Positions 1 to 15,000 of a stretch of DNA of 64,000 bases are shown here, one piece after another (within the stretch, counting starts at the first letter, position 1; each line of letters starts with the position of its first letter). The stretch is taken from the NCBI RefSeq assembly GCF_964355755.1, contig NC_092670.1, positions 3,214,201 to 3,278,200 on the forward strand, given 5' to 3'. The notes beneath the pieces are model-generated. The model saw only the letters and a program-made list of their open reading frames with translations, was not told the origin of the DNA and did no database searches. Source of the DNA: Antedon mediterranea. Its lineage: Eukaryota > Animalia > Echinodermata. The translations under genes were made by a program, and so were the position numbers.

Positions 1-3000
1 ATGGTCCAGCTTTACTTCTTGATTGTTTACCTAAAAAGAAAGTATTTTAGGACAGTAATTACAATATCCATGTTGATAAATAGTACGAACTATACAACAT
101 TTTTTTTAAACTTCTAAGAGACATTTTGAATTAATCAACAACATAAAATATTAAGATGTAGTTTGGTTCTTTAAATTTAAAGAACCAAACTCCCGACCAA
201 ACTGTTAAAAAAGTTGCAAAATGGCATTGAAATCATTCACTAAAGTACCACATCAGAACATAAATCAAACTACAGTTATATCATTGTTATTAAATTATGA
301 AATAGGTGTATACTTAATTACAAAGTAATCTAAATATACTAAATTGAAGAAGTAAATGTTAGGCTACACATTATTTAAGCCAAAGACACTATGGGTTGCA
401 ACCATATTCAATGGTGTCATTGAAAAAATTAGGTGTATCAATGTGATATCTTATACTGAAGTAGTTGTGAGGTGTGTTTTGTATATTAAAGTTCATATAC
501 ATTTTACATTATAAAGTACAAAAAAGTAAAATTTGTGTTATTTGTTTGTGCGTCATTGAATTTGAATATATATACGAATGCATTGGAACATAAAAAAAAT
601 AATTGTTTAGTATTTAAAAACATTACAGATGCTCTCATTGTATGATGTAAATTCCAAAGCTATATAGATTATGTTAAGTGGCGCAATACCTTTTAGAACT
701 TGGACAGGCCTTATAAGTTGTAGGAGCTTTATGCTGTCAATAAATGGTTGCATATCTTCCTCACAAATTGTGTTTTTTTCCTCAAGGTCCATAATCAAAT
801 GCCATTTATCCTCATAATTCTGTTTTGCTTCATTAAAATGTGTATTCATTTTCTGCATATCTTTATTGGTTAGACTATCTCCAAACTCTATCAACATCAG
901 TCTGTGTGGAGTCAACTTTGAAATTACAATATCCCTAACATTTGGGAAGGCTCCGATTTTCTCTTTAATTTTTCTTGCCAATCCAAATTGTTCTGTTACT
1001 TTTATGGTTTCATAAAACAAAGTTAAGTCATGGCTTGTCAGATGTTCTCTGTCCATTAAGGAATTTAGTAGCTCAGTTGTGTTGGATGCTTCATCTAACT
1101 CACCAGTTGGCAGGAGATCTTTATACAAAAGTTTCAGTTTATTGAGTAAATGACGATGATCATACCACTCTGAACAGTTTACTTTAATAAGTTCAAAGTT
1201 AGGATCAGGAATGTCTATGAAAATAAAAAAAAACATATATTTAAAATACTATTACAGGCTAAGAATAAGTATAAATTTAATATTATAATCAAACAAAAAT
1301 TTTCTAAAACTTTTGTCAGAATTTAAAGCTATGGTAATGGTAACTTTATAGGAATAGAGTGTAATACATGTTGCAATGATATAATCCTAAATTTATAAAA
1401 TGAAATTGCTAATGAAATATTGCAGTCATCAATAAAGCTTTCAAATATTGTTGAATATTAAATTCCACTAGACATTGTAGTTGTATAAGTTTAAAAACTT
1501 AATAACTAAAAATGAATAATATCTGCAAAGTCTATTCCTAAATTATGTGTTTGTTGGTAATTGTATTAGCTTAAATTGTAGGAAATCAAATTCAGTTAAG
1601 AAGGTGACATCCTCATTGCACAAATTAAGTAGAATATTGGCACCCCAATCCTATTGAAATAAACATACTTTCTGCATTGCTTGATGGTCCAGCTTCACTT
1701 CTTGATCGTTCACCTATAAAATAGTATTTTAGGACAGTAATTAAAATATACATGTTTATGAATACTATTACTATATACATTTTTTACAATTAATAACATT
1801 TTTTCCTGCAAACCAAACTACTACAGATGACCTAAATGAAATTATATGCTATTGGTAATTATTATTGTATTAAATAATGTTAGAAGTTGTACAAATTTGA
1901 TTTAATTTAGATTATAATAAATAATGTTACCACAATAACCAAGTGACATAATTTATGTATCCATATACAAAACTTTCTAACTTATGTTTGTTGGAAATTT
2001 GTTTGTAATTCCAGATTGCCTAAATAAGTAGAATATTAAGACGACCCCAAACTCCATTGAAATAAAACATACTTTCTGCATTGCTGGATGGTCCAGCTTT
2101 ACTTGATTGTTTACCTATAAAGAAACATAACAATTCAGTATAAATTACCATGTTTACTCTCTTTTTATATAAGTGGGCCTCCTTTGTAAAATTTATATTT
2201 GTAAGAAACATTGTATAGTCAAAGTGAGAATACACAAGGTAATTATCCAGTTTTGGTTACCATTTATTAAGTAATAGACATAACTTTAAACTGTGATATT
2301 AATGAATCTCAATTTTGTAGCAAGTTTTGGTTTCAAATTATTTACGCACATTTAAGACAAGAAACGACCTGGTTTAATGTTTTTAAAGTTATATATACTA
2401 CTCTAGTAGCTAGATCAACTTTCGTATGCACTTTGAGGTCCAGAGAATTTGATTTCAGAAATTGGTTTAGGGTGGTCAAACAATAATTTTTGGCTTGGTT
2501 ACACATTTTAAAAATGTGGCGAAAGGTCAAAGGTCAGGGTGAAAGGTCATAAGACCAAACACCAATATGTCCTTAAATCTCAACAACCATTGGTCACATC
2601 GAAGTAATTTTGGTCTCAAAATGATCAGAAGGTATACATTTATATTCAGTCTAATGGGACATTTTAGTTAAAAATGACCGGAAATGACATTTCTGACCTT
2701 TGACCTACAACCCAGGGCATGTATTTATCTCTGTAACTACTGGTCATAGACATTTGAATTTGGTTTTAAATTGTTCGAAATATATATTTTGTTATTTGTT
2801 ACACATTTTGAAAAATGTTACAAAAGGTCAAAGGGTCAAGGTCAAGGGTTATATGAAAAAATAAATAGAGGTACTTGTATCTCGGCAACCACTGGTCGCA
2901 GCAAGTCAATTTTGGTCTCAAAATGTTCAAAAGGCATGCATTTATATTCCGTCTAATGGGGCATCTTAGTCAAAAATGATCAGAAATGCCATTTCTGACC

Positions 3001-6000
3001 TTTGACCCACATACCAGGGCATCTTCATATCTCTGTAAGTACTGGTCGTAGAAACTTAAATTTGGTATCAAATTGTTCGAAATATACATATTTACATTCA
3101 TTGTAATAGAAAATGTGGTTAAAAGATGAACAGAAAATACTATTACTAATGTTTCAAACAAAAAACATATCTCTACACAACTTATCCTTAGACAGTAAAG
3201 TTATGCAATAACTGATACTTTAAATTGTTTCAATTTCAAGTACTAGTTATTGCTGTCCACGAGAACAATTTTGATATAAACGTCAAGCTCAACAGTTCTT
3301 TTCAGAATGCTAGAAGTAACTTGCCATGTGTATCCGATTAAACACCCCGGGCATTTATTGTTCAAAAGTGTTTTTAGGGGGAGGGGAGGCATCTTTATTT
3401 GGAGTATAATATGGTAACATGTATAATGAAATAAATACCACCTAGATGTAAAAAAAATACAGCACAATTAATATCAAAAAGTGAAAAAATGCTTGGTAAA
3501 TTGTAGATTATGGTAGTTAATAAAATTATGTCAAAATGCTTGGTAAATTGTAGATTATGGTAGTTAATGAAATGTGTTGTAATACAATTATTTTGTAAAT
3601 GCATGTGGCGGAACGTTTATTCCACATGATGTTCTATTGGAGGGAAAGGTGGCGTTTATTTGAGGGAGGCTTTTATTCAAAGCGGGTGTTAATTCGAATT
3701 AATACTCGCGCTCAACAGTTAAGAATGCTAGAAGTAAGTACAATCATGTAATAAGAGGTATCAGAGACAACTATAATAGACCAATTCATTGTCATTATTC
3801 CGTAACACTGTTGCATAATATTTTTTAATGTTACCGACAAAACTTATACCGGTACATAATATGTATAAGGTTTGTCCGTGTATATTATACACGTCTGTTC
3901 CCAGTGTAGATAATAAAACAATATATGTTTCTGGAGATTTATTATCAATACCACTAGAAAAAGGTACAGAATTTAAAGTATCAGTTTTTGCATAACATTA
4001 CTGGATAAGTTATGTAGAGATTTATTTTTTGTTTGAAACATTAGTAATAGTATTTCTGTTCATCTTTTAACCACATGTTCTACAGTATTACAATGAATGT
4101 AAATATGTATATTTCGAACAATTTGATACCAAATTTAAGTTTCTACGATCAGTACTTACAGAGATATGAAGATGCCATGATATGTGGGTCAAAGGTCAGA
4201 AATGGCATTTCTGACTAAATTTTACTAAAATGTCCCATTAGATTGAATATGAAAGCATGCCTTCTGAACATTTTGAGACTAAAATTGACTTGCTGTGACG
4301 AGTAGTTGCCGAGATACAAGTATCTATTTATATTTGTTCATATAACCCTTGACCCTGACCTTTTGTAACATTTTTAAAAATGTGCAACAAATAACAAAAT
4401 GTTTATTTCAAACAATTTAAGACCAAATTCAAGTGTCTACAATCAGTAGTTACGGAGATACATACATGCTCTGGGGTGTGGGTCAAAGGTCAGAAATGGT
4501 CACATTTCCGGTCATTTTTGACTAAAATGTCCCATTAGACTGAATATAAATGTATACCTTCTGATCAATTTGAGACCAAAATTACCTCGCTGTGACCAGT
4601 GGTTGTCGAGATTTAAGGACTTATTGGTGTTTAGTTTGATAACCTTTCACCTTGACCTTTTGACCTTTCGCCACATTTTCAAAATGTGTAACCAAGCCAA
4701 TAATGATTGCTTGACCATCCTAAACCAATTTCTGAAGTCAAATTCTCTGGACCTCAAAGTGCATACGAAAGTTGATCTAGGTACTAGAGTATACTGTAAT
4801 ATGCATTATTTTTACAAAATGTCAAAAATTGCAGGTCTAGTGTCTTTAACAGTAATCTTTATTTTTAATGATTTACAGTATGGATAAAACTCATAGTGTT
4901 AACCATTAATGCAATCAATGCTAAGAAAATGTACAGTGCTTGAGAAAGTTTGCTAAAAACATATTATTTATTCATGTCTAGATTTACACATTTTCTGTTT
5001 ATAGTAATGTAGTGGTACTGTTAGTCTCTTGATGCTAGCAGAGTATTAAGAGTTTATAAACGATATGTTTAAAATGAGCTATGCATAAGCAATAAAGGCA
5101 ACATACTCCAGCTTGAACTTCTTGATTTTTCAAGCTCCCCTACAAAATTTGATTTTTATAACTAAATTTAAAAGATATCTTTTCTTTTTAACGGTGAAAT
5201 ACATATTATAACAAAAATAATCATTATTAAATTGAACATAACCACTGATAATGAATGAAGGATGTCAGTGTTGGTACAATGCTCATGAACTGATTTATTA
5301 CTAAATTGATGTGATATGCAAGACATTGAGTTGCTCTTAACTCGTACAACTACGGTACTGTGAATCGCTTGTTGAAATTGATTCCTCTGATAGCAGAAGG
5401 TAATCAAACTTTTAAACTTGACATTTAATAACCTAATACTGTACCCGCCACCTTGTTTTTTTTGCTGTATGCATTTACGGTTTGTCATTGGGCTGTAGGG
5501 GTTTTGGTAATATTCTGTAAAGATTGTTATACATTTTGACAGTAATAATAATAATATACGAGCACGTTAAAAATGACAAAATGCGCACATTAATTGTATA
5601 AAAGTGCTAAAAATGGTAAAAAATAAGGCCTTTTTAAAATGAATATAACTCTTCAGAATGGAAGATGACCCCAACACCAATTATGTTACTCATGTATTGC
5701 CAATATTTTCATTTTGATGATGTCATCATGTCTTAAAATTTGAATAACGGTGGTTACGTAATTTCACCTACAACGTATAGTTGAATACCTTACGGCTCTT
5801 CTGAATTAAAGCTGACCTTGATGTTATAACTTATTATGAGAGCTAGTGAAATCATGGAGGTATAAAAAAGAAGGAGATTCAACTAGCTTGTCTCCTTTGA
5901 TGTATTCATTGCAGCCGCCGAATGTTTAACAGATAAGGGAGTAATTATAAACGGTATCGCACATAAGCACTGCGTGGCGTACAAGGTCAATATGTCACGA

Positions 6001-9000
6001 AAAGGTCGTATAATTAATTGTAAAACCGGAAGCAAACCGCTTGACCTCGAGCACATGAGCGTTGTGTGTGAGTCGAGTAGCTAGCGCGCGCGGCCGGCAG
6101 TGCAAAAAAGCAACACTGTATTCTTTTATTCTACAAAAATTGATGTGATGGAGTTTGATGAGTTGTTAACAAAAGAATTATTAGCAGAATTTGAAGAAAT
6201 AAATACCGAAGTAGGCACCGAAAAAGTGAAAAATATCTGTATATGTAACTGTCCATCGACGGAAGAGACAATAGCCTGCAACGGTAAAGATTGCGAAGTC
6301 AGATGGTTCCATACGAATTGCGCGAGTTCAGGCCTAGCCGCCGAAGAAACGTGGAAGTGCGAAGTGGGCCAAGCAATTATACGAACGCTAGTAGGCCCAG
6401 CGAATCAACTACTAACAATAAACCGGAAAAAGGTGAGTATTAACATGGAGGTATACCTCCATGGTATTAATGAGCATAGATGGTATATATAGGCCTAACT
6501 AATTAATTACTCTAATAGAAAATAAAGCTATTTACTACTACTGTACATTTTATAATTCATGGATTTTGCTGTTGACACATTTTCCAAATAATTAAATTTA
6601 AAATTACCGAAATACAGGGAATAGATATTTCAGCCCTACGTCGCCCACTACATTGTATTTTGCACAGGAAATTAAAATATTAGGGATGGTCAGATTGAAT
6701 TTAACTTTTTAATTTTATGGGAAAGACATTTTAATTTATGATTTATTTTAAAATAATTCACAGCTGCAAAAAAGAAGCCGATAAAATGGAAGAGCCAATA
6801 TCTACTTGAAAATGCATTAGCTGATTCTTTGGAAATTGTTAATCACTCATTTAACAAAGTTCTTGGAAGACCCTATGCTGCAGTTAAATCCAAAGATGGC
6901 AACAGCAATAAACAATGCAGTGGTCGAGTTGCGGTCAAAAGATATTCAGGATGTTGCAAACAAACTTGTCAATACTTTATGGGAGACAGCAACTGTAGCA
7001 AACACTAAAAGAACTGCATCAGAAGGGTTAGACGCAGCGTGTAGAAACTTTCAAACTTTTCGCATAAATGAAAACTCAAATCAATTTTTAGGTTTAGTTG
7101 ACTGTGATATTGCTGCAAATTTTTTATTCCAAATGGCAAGCGAGGCAATTGTAGAAGAGTTGTTGTTAAGGCAAATTGGGCCGTATGAGAATGCTGCTGC
7201 AAATGAACCGCCACAGGTAGAGGTAACCAAGGAAGAGCAACAAACATTAAGATACATGGCTGGCTATATTCCGCATAAATTATTACGCTTTTAGAGAAGA
7301 TTTCCAAATAACAATCTAGTTAATTTATCTATTGATGTATTAAGGAAATTAGAAATTGAAGACAACAATGATAAAATGTCATTTTTAGATTATAGTAAAG
7401 ACTGGATTACAAAAATTAACAGAGGAGGCCTATTTCAAATAAATAATGATTCATTTTTATTTTTTAGGTGGCTGGAATGCGAGGTAAAACCCATTTTGTC
7501 CTCCACAAAAATTACAGAACTTTGTGGTTTAAATTTAAAGGACAAACTTACTTCAGCCCTTGATTCGCCTGTCATTAAATTAGCATGGGAACGGTTGATT
7601 GGGGATAATGTTAATGAGGTAGTAGTGTCTACTTTATTTAACAAAGTTATTGGATGTTATATAGACATCAGATGCAAGGCTTTTACCACCGTATATATGA
7701 TGGAAAGAAAAAAGAAAGATGCATCAGTCAGAAAGAAGGGTGAAAAACCCTTAAGAAAGAAACTTAAAAATAATGACTAACTTAAAGAAAGAATTTCCAA
7801 TTTATTCACAATATAAATATTTTCTATACAGTTCAGTAAATACATAAAAGGTGTTCATGAAATTATTATTATATTTGTACTTTATTATTTATGGTTTTCG
7901 TTCTTTTTGGGAATGGGGTACTGTCTATGCTAAAACGCGACTTCCTGGTGTTGGAGTGGATTGAACCAGTTACACTTCTGGCTCCTGCAACTTGTAGAGT
8001 GTCAATGCATTATGTTGGAATTGATGAACTGTTGGGTTTTCATTTCTTCCTCCACATCCTCTCTGTTTGCTAAAGTATTCCTCAAGAGGATCTTGGTTTA
8101 GTTTTTCACTCAACACATAGTCCACACCATCAGTAGCAAGCAATTCCTTTTGTAAGTTTTACAAAAGAGTTAACTGTAGAGGAACACAATAAACATTAAT
8201 TGTACTGTATTAACATTAGCTTTAATATAGTTTTTAACAATACAACCATTAATTAGGTTCACCATTGTATTAATTATAATATAAATTAGCCTATAACTAT
8301 AATTTATATTAATAACATTGTTGAATAGGTTCACGAATCATAATATCAAACAAGGATACTCTAGGCCTAGCCCCAGCATAATCTTCCAAACCCGTTGATT
8401 ACGTCACACTTGATGAACCAACAAGCGACTCGCCGAGAGAAAAAAGCCCTATGTTGCAATGCATGTAGAGAAAATATACACGCGTGTACACGGTCGGGAT
8501 TTTCACGGTTTGAAACATAAATTATTAAATAATATTTACTAAAAATAATCATTTTCCGAGGTTATCGTGTTATCGATATATAATATAAAAACCATAAAAA
8601 CTTAAACTTACGGTTATTTTGGTAAATATTACTCGATTTTCTTCTAATAAAATGTAATGGCTTTCTAAATTCAATATGGTTTCGGATATGTTAAACTCTG
8701 ACCCCACAAGCCCTCTCTAGAAGCTAATACAACCAAAAAAGTGTTTAAAATACATGTTCAGGGCGACTTAAATGCTAAGGGGCCTTGTAACAAGCGATGA
8801 ACGACCGGCTGCACTGACAACGATGAAAGGCGACGTCCCGCGTGGCAGAGCGGAAGGCGGCTTTTTTGAACTCATCTAAGCGAGCCAATCAGCGTCCGAG
8901 GAAGTCAGTCATAGTTCATATAGCACACAGCATTTTAATCTCTATTAGCTAGTTGAATCTCCTTCTTTTTTATACCTCCATGGTGAAATGTAGATATGAA

Positions 9001-12000
9001 TGCATATAAAAATTAAGCCTATCGAATGTTATGAAGTTATCATATGGCCAGTTGAAGTTAAAAAGTAGTTTTTTCATCTCTTTCGTCAAAGTTATACACA
9101 TTATAAAGAGCGCGCACCGCGCTTCTACCTGCCAAATTTTCTTCCAATTGTTATATTTTATTGCTCAATTCATTATCTTTCGATATTGGTATCCACAAGT
9201 TTATTTTGATAATGTCATCAGTGCCAAAAACTTAGAACATGATGTGTGTCCGTAATTTCACCAATGCTACACTGTATATAGATATACAGTATACTGTACA
9301 TAATGTGATATGACATACTATAAGCGTATAATAGGATGGCATACATCAATATTTTCCGATTGTATGTTAACATACGTGCATGATTAAAAAATATTAATGT
9401 CAATGAATTTATAAAAATGATCACCTAATTTGTCAAAGTGACGAATTAAATTCTAGTTGGTAATTATTATTGTATTAAACAATGTTAGAAAATTTACAAA
9501 TTTGATTTTAATTTACATTATAATTTCTTTGATGATTTTACCACAATAAACAAGTGACATAATTTATGTATTCATGTAGCTTAAAATAACAAAACTTTCT
9601 AACTTATGCGTTTGTTGGAAATTTGTTTCTAATTCTGTAAAAGTTATGTCCAGATTTCTTAAATAAGTAGAATATTAAGACCCCGATTTTATTGAAATAA
9701 AACATACTTTCTGCTGCATTGTTGGATGGTTCAGCTTCATGACTTCTTGATTGTTTACTTCTTGATCGTTTACCTATAAAGAAAATATTAACAATACAGT
9801 ATAAATTACCATGTTTATTCCCTGTTAGTCCAACGTCTATGTCTCAATGTCTATGTCTCAATATCATAAAGTAGCCTAAGTACTTACTTATGTAGCCCTC
9901 AACCGAATATACACTTTATATATTCTGAGTTTGTTAGAAATTAATTTTAAGGACAACTAGGAAATACAGTAACAGAACTTTCTAAATTATGTATTTGTAG
10001 GAAATTATATTACAGTAGCATAAATAATAGGAAATCCAATTCAGTTAAAAAGGTGACGTCTTTATAGCCCAAATCAATTAGAATATTGGCACCCCAATCC
10101 TATTGAAATAAACATACTTTCTGCATATGATCCAGCTTCACTTCTTGATCGTTTACCTAAAAAGAAAGTATATTAGGACAGTAATTACAATACCATGTTG
10201 ATGAATACTATTACTATATAACATTTTTTACAATTAATATAATTTTTTTCCTGCTAACCAAATTAATACAGATGACCTATACTCAAATTATATGGATGAC
10301 CAACAACATGATATGTGTGTTGGTCCTAGGTAATTACAAATTTAAGTTCTCTATTAAGTTTGGTTCATAATCATTAGACTACTTTAGTGTAAACATCTCA
10401 AAATATGCTATTTTTAATTAGTATTGTATTGTAATTTACATTATAATTTCTTTGAAGATGTTATCACAATAAACAAGTGACATAATTTATATATTCATAT
10501 AGCTTAAAATAGCAAAACTTGTGTGTTTGTTGGAAATTTGTTTGTAATTTATAAAAGTCCAGATTTCCTAAATAAGTAGAAATATTAAGACCCCAACTTT
10601 ATTGATATAAAACATACTTTCTGCTGCATTTCTGGATGTTTCAGCTTCACTTCTTGATCGTTTACCTATAAAGAAACATATAACAACAATACAGTATAGA
10701 TTACCATGTTTACTCTCTTTTTATATCTAAGTGGGCTTCATTTGTAACATTTAAATTTTCAAGAAACATTGTTAGTATTGTTAGTCCAAGTGTAAATATC
10801 CAGTTTTGGTTACCATTTATTAAATAATTAGTTACAAACACAAACAAACTGTGATATTAATGAATCTCAATTTTGTAGCAAGTTTTTGGTTTCAAATTAT
10901 TTAAAGACAATAGATCTTCAATTCTGGACGTTTTGTAAAAATAATGCATATTATAAATAACTTTAAAAACATTAAACCAGGTCGTTTCTTGTCTTAAATG
11001 TGCGTTCTAAGGTTAATTATGATAAAAAGAGAAAAACAATGCACTAACTAAGTACCTCGCATCAAAAGTTCTCTCGTAGACGTTTCTAGGCCTAGCTATA
11101 GTTAGGTTTAGTTTTGTAGACCTAGTTGGTAAAGAGCGGTAATGTACGAACATTGTACGCTAGATAGGCCTAACGTTGACGTGTTGCTGAATTAATTGTC
11201 TTTCCTTTTTTGGCAGAATCCGTTAATACAAATTGGGGAAGACCTGGTATTTTAGCTGAAAATTTACGGTTCTTTTATTTGTTTACCATGTCACGCAATC
11301 GATCGAAGTGGGTGCATCACATAACAATATGAAAATATCAATCTGCGCGCGATGCATGTTGTGATTTGTAGCGGGCCGTAAAAATGATTAGATTCGACTT
11401 ATTTTTCACATTTGTAACCGTTTAAAGATAATTAAAATTATCGCAATGGGTCCATATAGTATTTATTTTTAGGTGGAAAAAACGTAGGTCTAGTGTCTTT
11501 AACAGTAATCTTTATTTTTAATGATTTACAGTATGGATAAAACTTAGTGTTAACCATTAATGCAATCAATGCTAAGAAAATGTACAGTGCTTGAGAAAGT
11601 TTGCTAAAAACATATTATATATATATTCAACTTTTTTTTTCATGTCAAGATTTACACATTTTCTGTTTATAGTAATGTAGTGGTACTGTTTGTAGTCTCT
11701 TGATGCTAACAGAGTATTAATAGTTTATAAACGATATGTTTTGAAATGAGCTCTGCATAAGCAATAAAGGCAAAAACCCAAGCTTGAACTTCTTGATTTT
11801 TCAAGCTCCCCTGAAAAATAAACAATTTTTTAGCTTTGATTTTTATAACTAAATTTAAAAGATATCTTTTCTTTTTAACTGTAAAATACATATTATAAAA
11901 AAAATAATCATTATTCAATTGAACATAACCACTGATAATAAATGAAGGATGTCAGTGTTGGTACAATGCTCATGAACTGATTTATTATACAGATATTGCC

Positions 12001-15000
12001 TGCTTAGAGGCAAAATATAAGATTTGACTTGCTCGAGGGAATATATATTTCCTGAAGCACTAGCTGAGGGAAATAAATTCTCGAGAGCATAATATCATTT
12101 ACCGAGGGGATGTTAAATCTTATAGTTTATGGATATAAAAGGCGATATCTGTTATATTACATAGCCAACAGCAAGTAGAATATCTACTGGGTCGGGTAGC
12201 TGTTTTCCACATTTACAGCATTTCTTATGCATTTATGGTTTGTCATTGGGCTGTAGGGGTTTTGGTAATATTCTGTAAAGATGGTAATGCATTTTGACAG
12301 CAGGTGTACTTTGATACAGTAACAAAACTTTCTAAATTATGTGTTTGTAGGAAATTATATTACTGCATTAGCATAAATTATAGGAAATCCAATTCAGTTT
12401 TAAAAATGTGATGTTCTCATTGGCCAAATTAATTAGAATATTGGCACCCAAACCCTATTAAAATAAACATACTTTCTGCATTGCTTGATGGTCCAGCTTC
12501 ACTTCTTGATCGTTTACCTAAAAAACAAGTATTTTAGGACAGTAATTACAATATCCATGTTGATGAATACTATTACTATATAACATTTTATTTAAACTTC
12601 CAAGAGACATTTTGAATTAATCAACAACATAAAATATTAAGATTTAACTTGTTATGTTGTGTTACTTTTTGGTAACTTTATACAACCAAACTACAAGTTG
12701 CAAAATGACATTGAAATCATTCACTAAAGTACCATGTCAGAACATAAGTCAAACTGCACCTCATCATTAAAGTTAGTTATATAGCAGTTTAATCAGTTTT
12801 AAACACATTTGGCTACTATACTGTAAATACTTTAACATTATAGATTGGGTTCATTGCCTCAATACCATTAAATACCTGCAGCACTCACAATGAATATTGA
12901 TTGTAACCATAATATGCTTTAAAATTAAAAACAACAAACAGAAATAAAAATGTATTCAAATAGAATCATCAAGGCAGTAAAGAAAAGAAATAAAGACATA
13001 CTTTCTGGAGAACTTGATGGTTCAGCTTTTCTTTTTGATCGTCTACCTGTAAAGAAAGTGATTTAAACAGTAGTTCTCAAATCAATATCCTTAAGAATTG
13101 TTTATCATCCAGACGTTCTATAGACCTATCTCAAGTGAGACTGTAAAACTACAAATTGCCATTTTGTTTCTTCTTTCTAATCCGTAGGAATACTTTATTT
13201 TTCTGATGTACATGATCCCAAAGATATTTTTGTACTATAATTATTGATCAGTAAGAAGAAATGTCATACAATATTGAAGACATTTTTCCTGCCCTTTTGT
13301 AAAAATAATGCAATATATACTTTTAAAACAAAACCAGGTCATTCTTTGTCTAAAATGTATGTTTTATGGTTAATTATGATGAAAAAAGAAAAAAACAATG
13401 AAAGAACGTGGGCAGTCTTGGGCCTAGTCTAGCTAGGCTTAGTTTTATACTGTAGGCCTAGCTGGTAAACAGCAGTAACATATGGAAATCATAAGATAGC
13501 TATAGGCTTAGTCTGGGGTTGCTTAGTTGCTTAATTGTCAGAATTAATACAAATTGGGGAAAACCCTGTATTTTTACTGAAAAGTTACGGTTCTTGGGTG
13601 TATCACAAAAGAAAAATGAGAATATCAATCTGCTCGGGTATTTATAGCAGGTCGCCTAAATTATTAGAATCGACTTATTTTTCACATTTTTAACCATTTA
13701 AAGACGAAAACAATAGTAATAGTGCCATAAAATTTTTTTAAACATAATATGCAGTTTGTCTGCATGCCATTATACGATTGCCATGTATACAAATGCCATT
13801 AGATAAGTATAATACTCAAAGTAAATTTGTGACACAATGTTGAATTACAGATTGCAGTAACAGAATATTCACTTTTTGCAAAAAAAGAAAAAAAAAACAT
13901 ACTTTCTGTATTGCTTGATGGTCCAGCTTCACTTCTTGATTGTTCACCTATAAAAAAAAGGTATTTTTGGACAGGAGTTATAACATCCATGTTGACGAAT
14001 ATTATATTTTAAAACCTTTTTTCAATAATTGTTTTCCTCCAAACAATTCTACCACAGACCATTCTATCATGTTATTTCTGCTGTATTTGTGAATGAGCTT
14101 ATACTACTTTGGTTTACCTTTTAGTGGTGTTGTAGTGTTCAATGCCTCTACTTCTTTAATCTCCTTATCTGTTAAAGAGTAAAAAATGTACCATGTAGTA
14201 TGTGGTAAAATGATTTATTAATTTTATTTTTATTCTGATTCTTTTTTGTTTAGTAATACAGTAGTATGTAATTTTTTTCTACTAAGGATTGAATGAATGA
14301 ATATCTCAAGATGCCCATCTAATCTCTTTATTTTCCTAATTCTCATTTCCTTTCAAAATTGTAAACCTTGTGTTAATGTAATTTACAAAAATATGTAGGC
14401 CCCTATTATTAATTATCAACAGGGGCAGATCAAGGGAGTTTACACTTGGGCGAGCTCTCCTCTTTTTACAGCTAAAAATGAAATTATTAACTATTATTAA
14501 CTTTTTAATATCTATTTTTGACTGAGTAAGTAATATTATGTACTCCTGGATCTGCCACTGATCAATGAATTTTATAGTGATACGTATTTACAGTATTATT
14601 TACATTTATTTGTGGGTAAAGGATAGGCTACATCATATAAAATAACTTAAACTGAAACTAGAAACTTTGTGTGAGTTGGACAAAAATACACAATCAACTA
14701 ACCAGGCATTGAGGTTGGTTCGTTTGGTGTAGCTGGCGCCACATCAGCATCGGAAGAAACTACAATATATGAATATGAATAATAATTATAATAATGTCTT
14801 ACTTAATAATGTACTTTGATAATTAATGATAACCTACGAATTGTTTGTGAATGTTATATACTGTAAATACAATTATAATCAAACAAATTTATTAAATTTT
14901 ATCTTAATATAAAAATTAAGTTCAACTTGTTTATGTTTAGCTATAGATGTAGGATGTTTCTTTTGTTAAATTATAATTGTTGGACTTTTTATTTTGTCAC

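Larger units (their letters stand above)
5853..8982. mobile_element. Defective P-superfamily DNA transposon (3130 bp) with two convergent genes
   Basis: Perfect 36-bp TIR CATGGAGGTATAAAAAAGAAGGAGATTCAACTAGCT, 7-bp TSD GTGAAAT, and P-transposase motifs inside. Confidence 0.9.
1530..12300. repeat. Older tandem segmental duplications of microexon-bearing units (~1530-5540 vs ~9975-12300; ~9455-9830 vs ~1850-2160)
   Basis: Colinear intron similarity once insertions are removed, e.g. 4832-5300 vs 11485-11985. Confidence 0.8.

Noticed and set aside
2342-4887. Short ORFs in the foldback arms as a transposase
   Set aside because: Mirror-image translations of non-coding inverted arms with no catalytic motifs.
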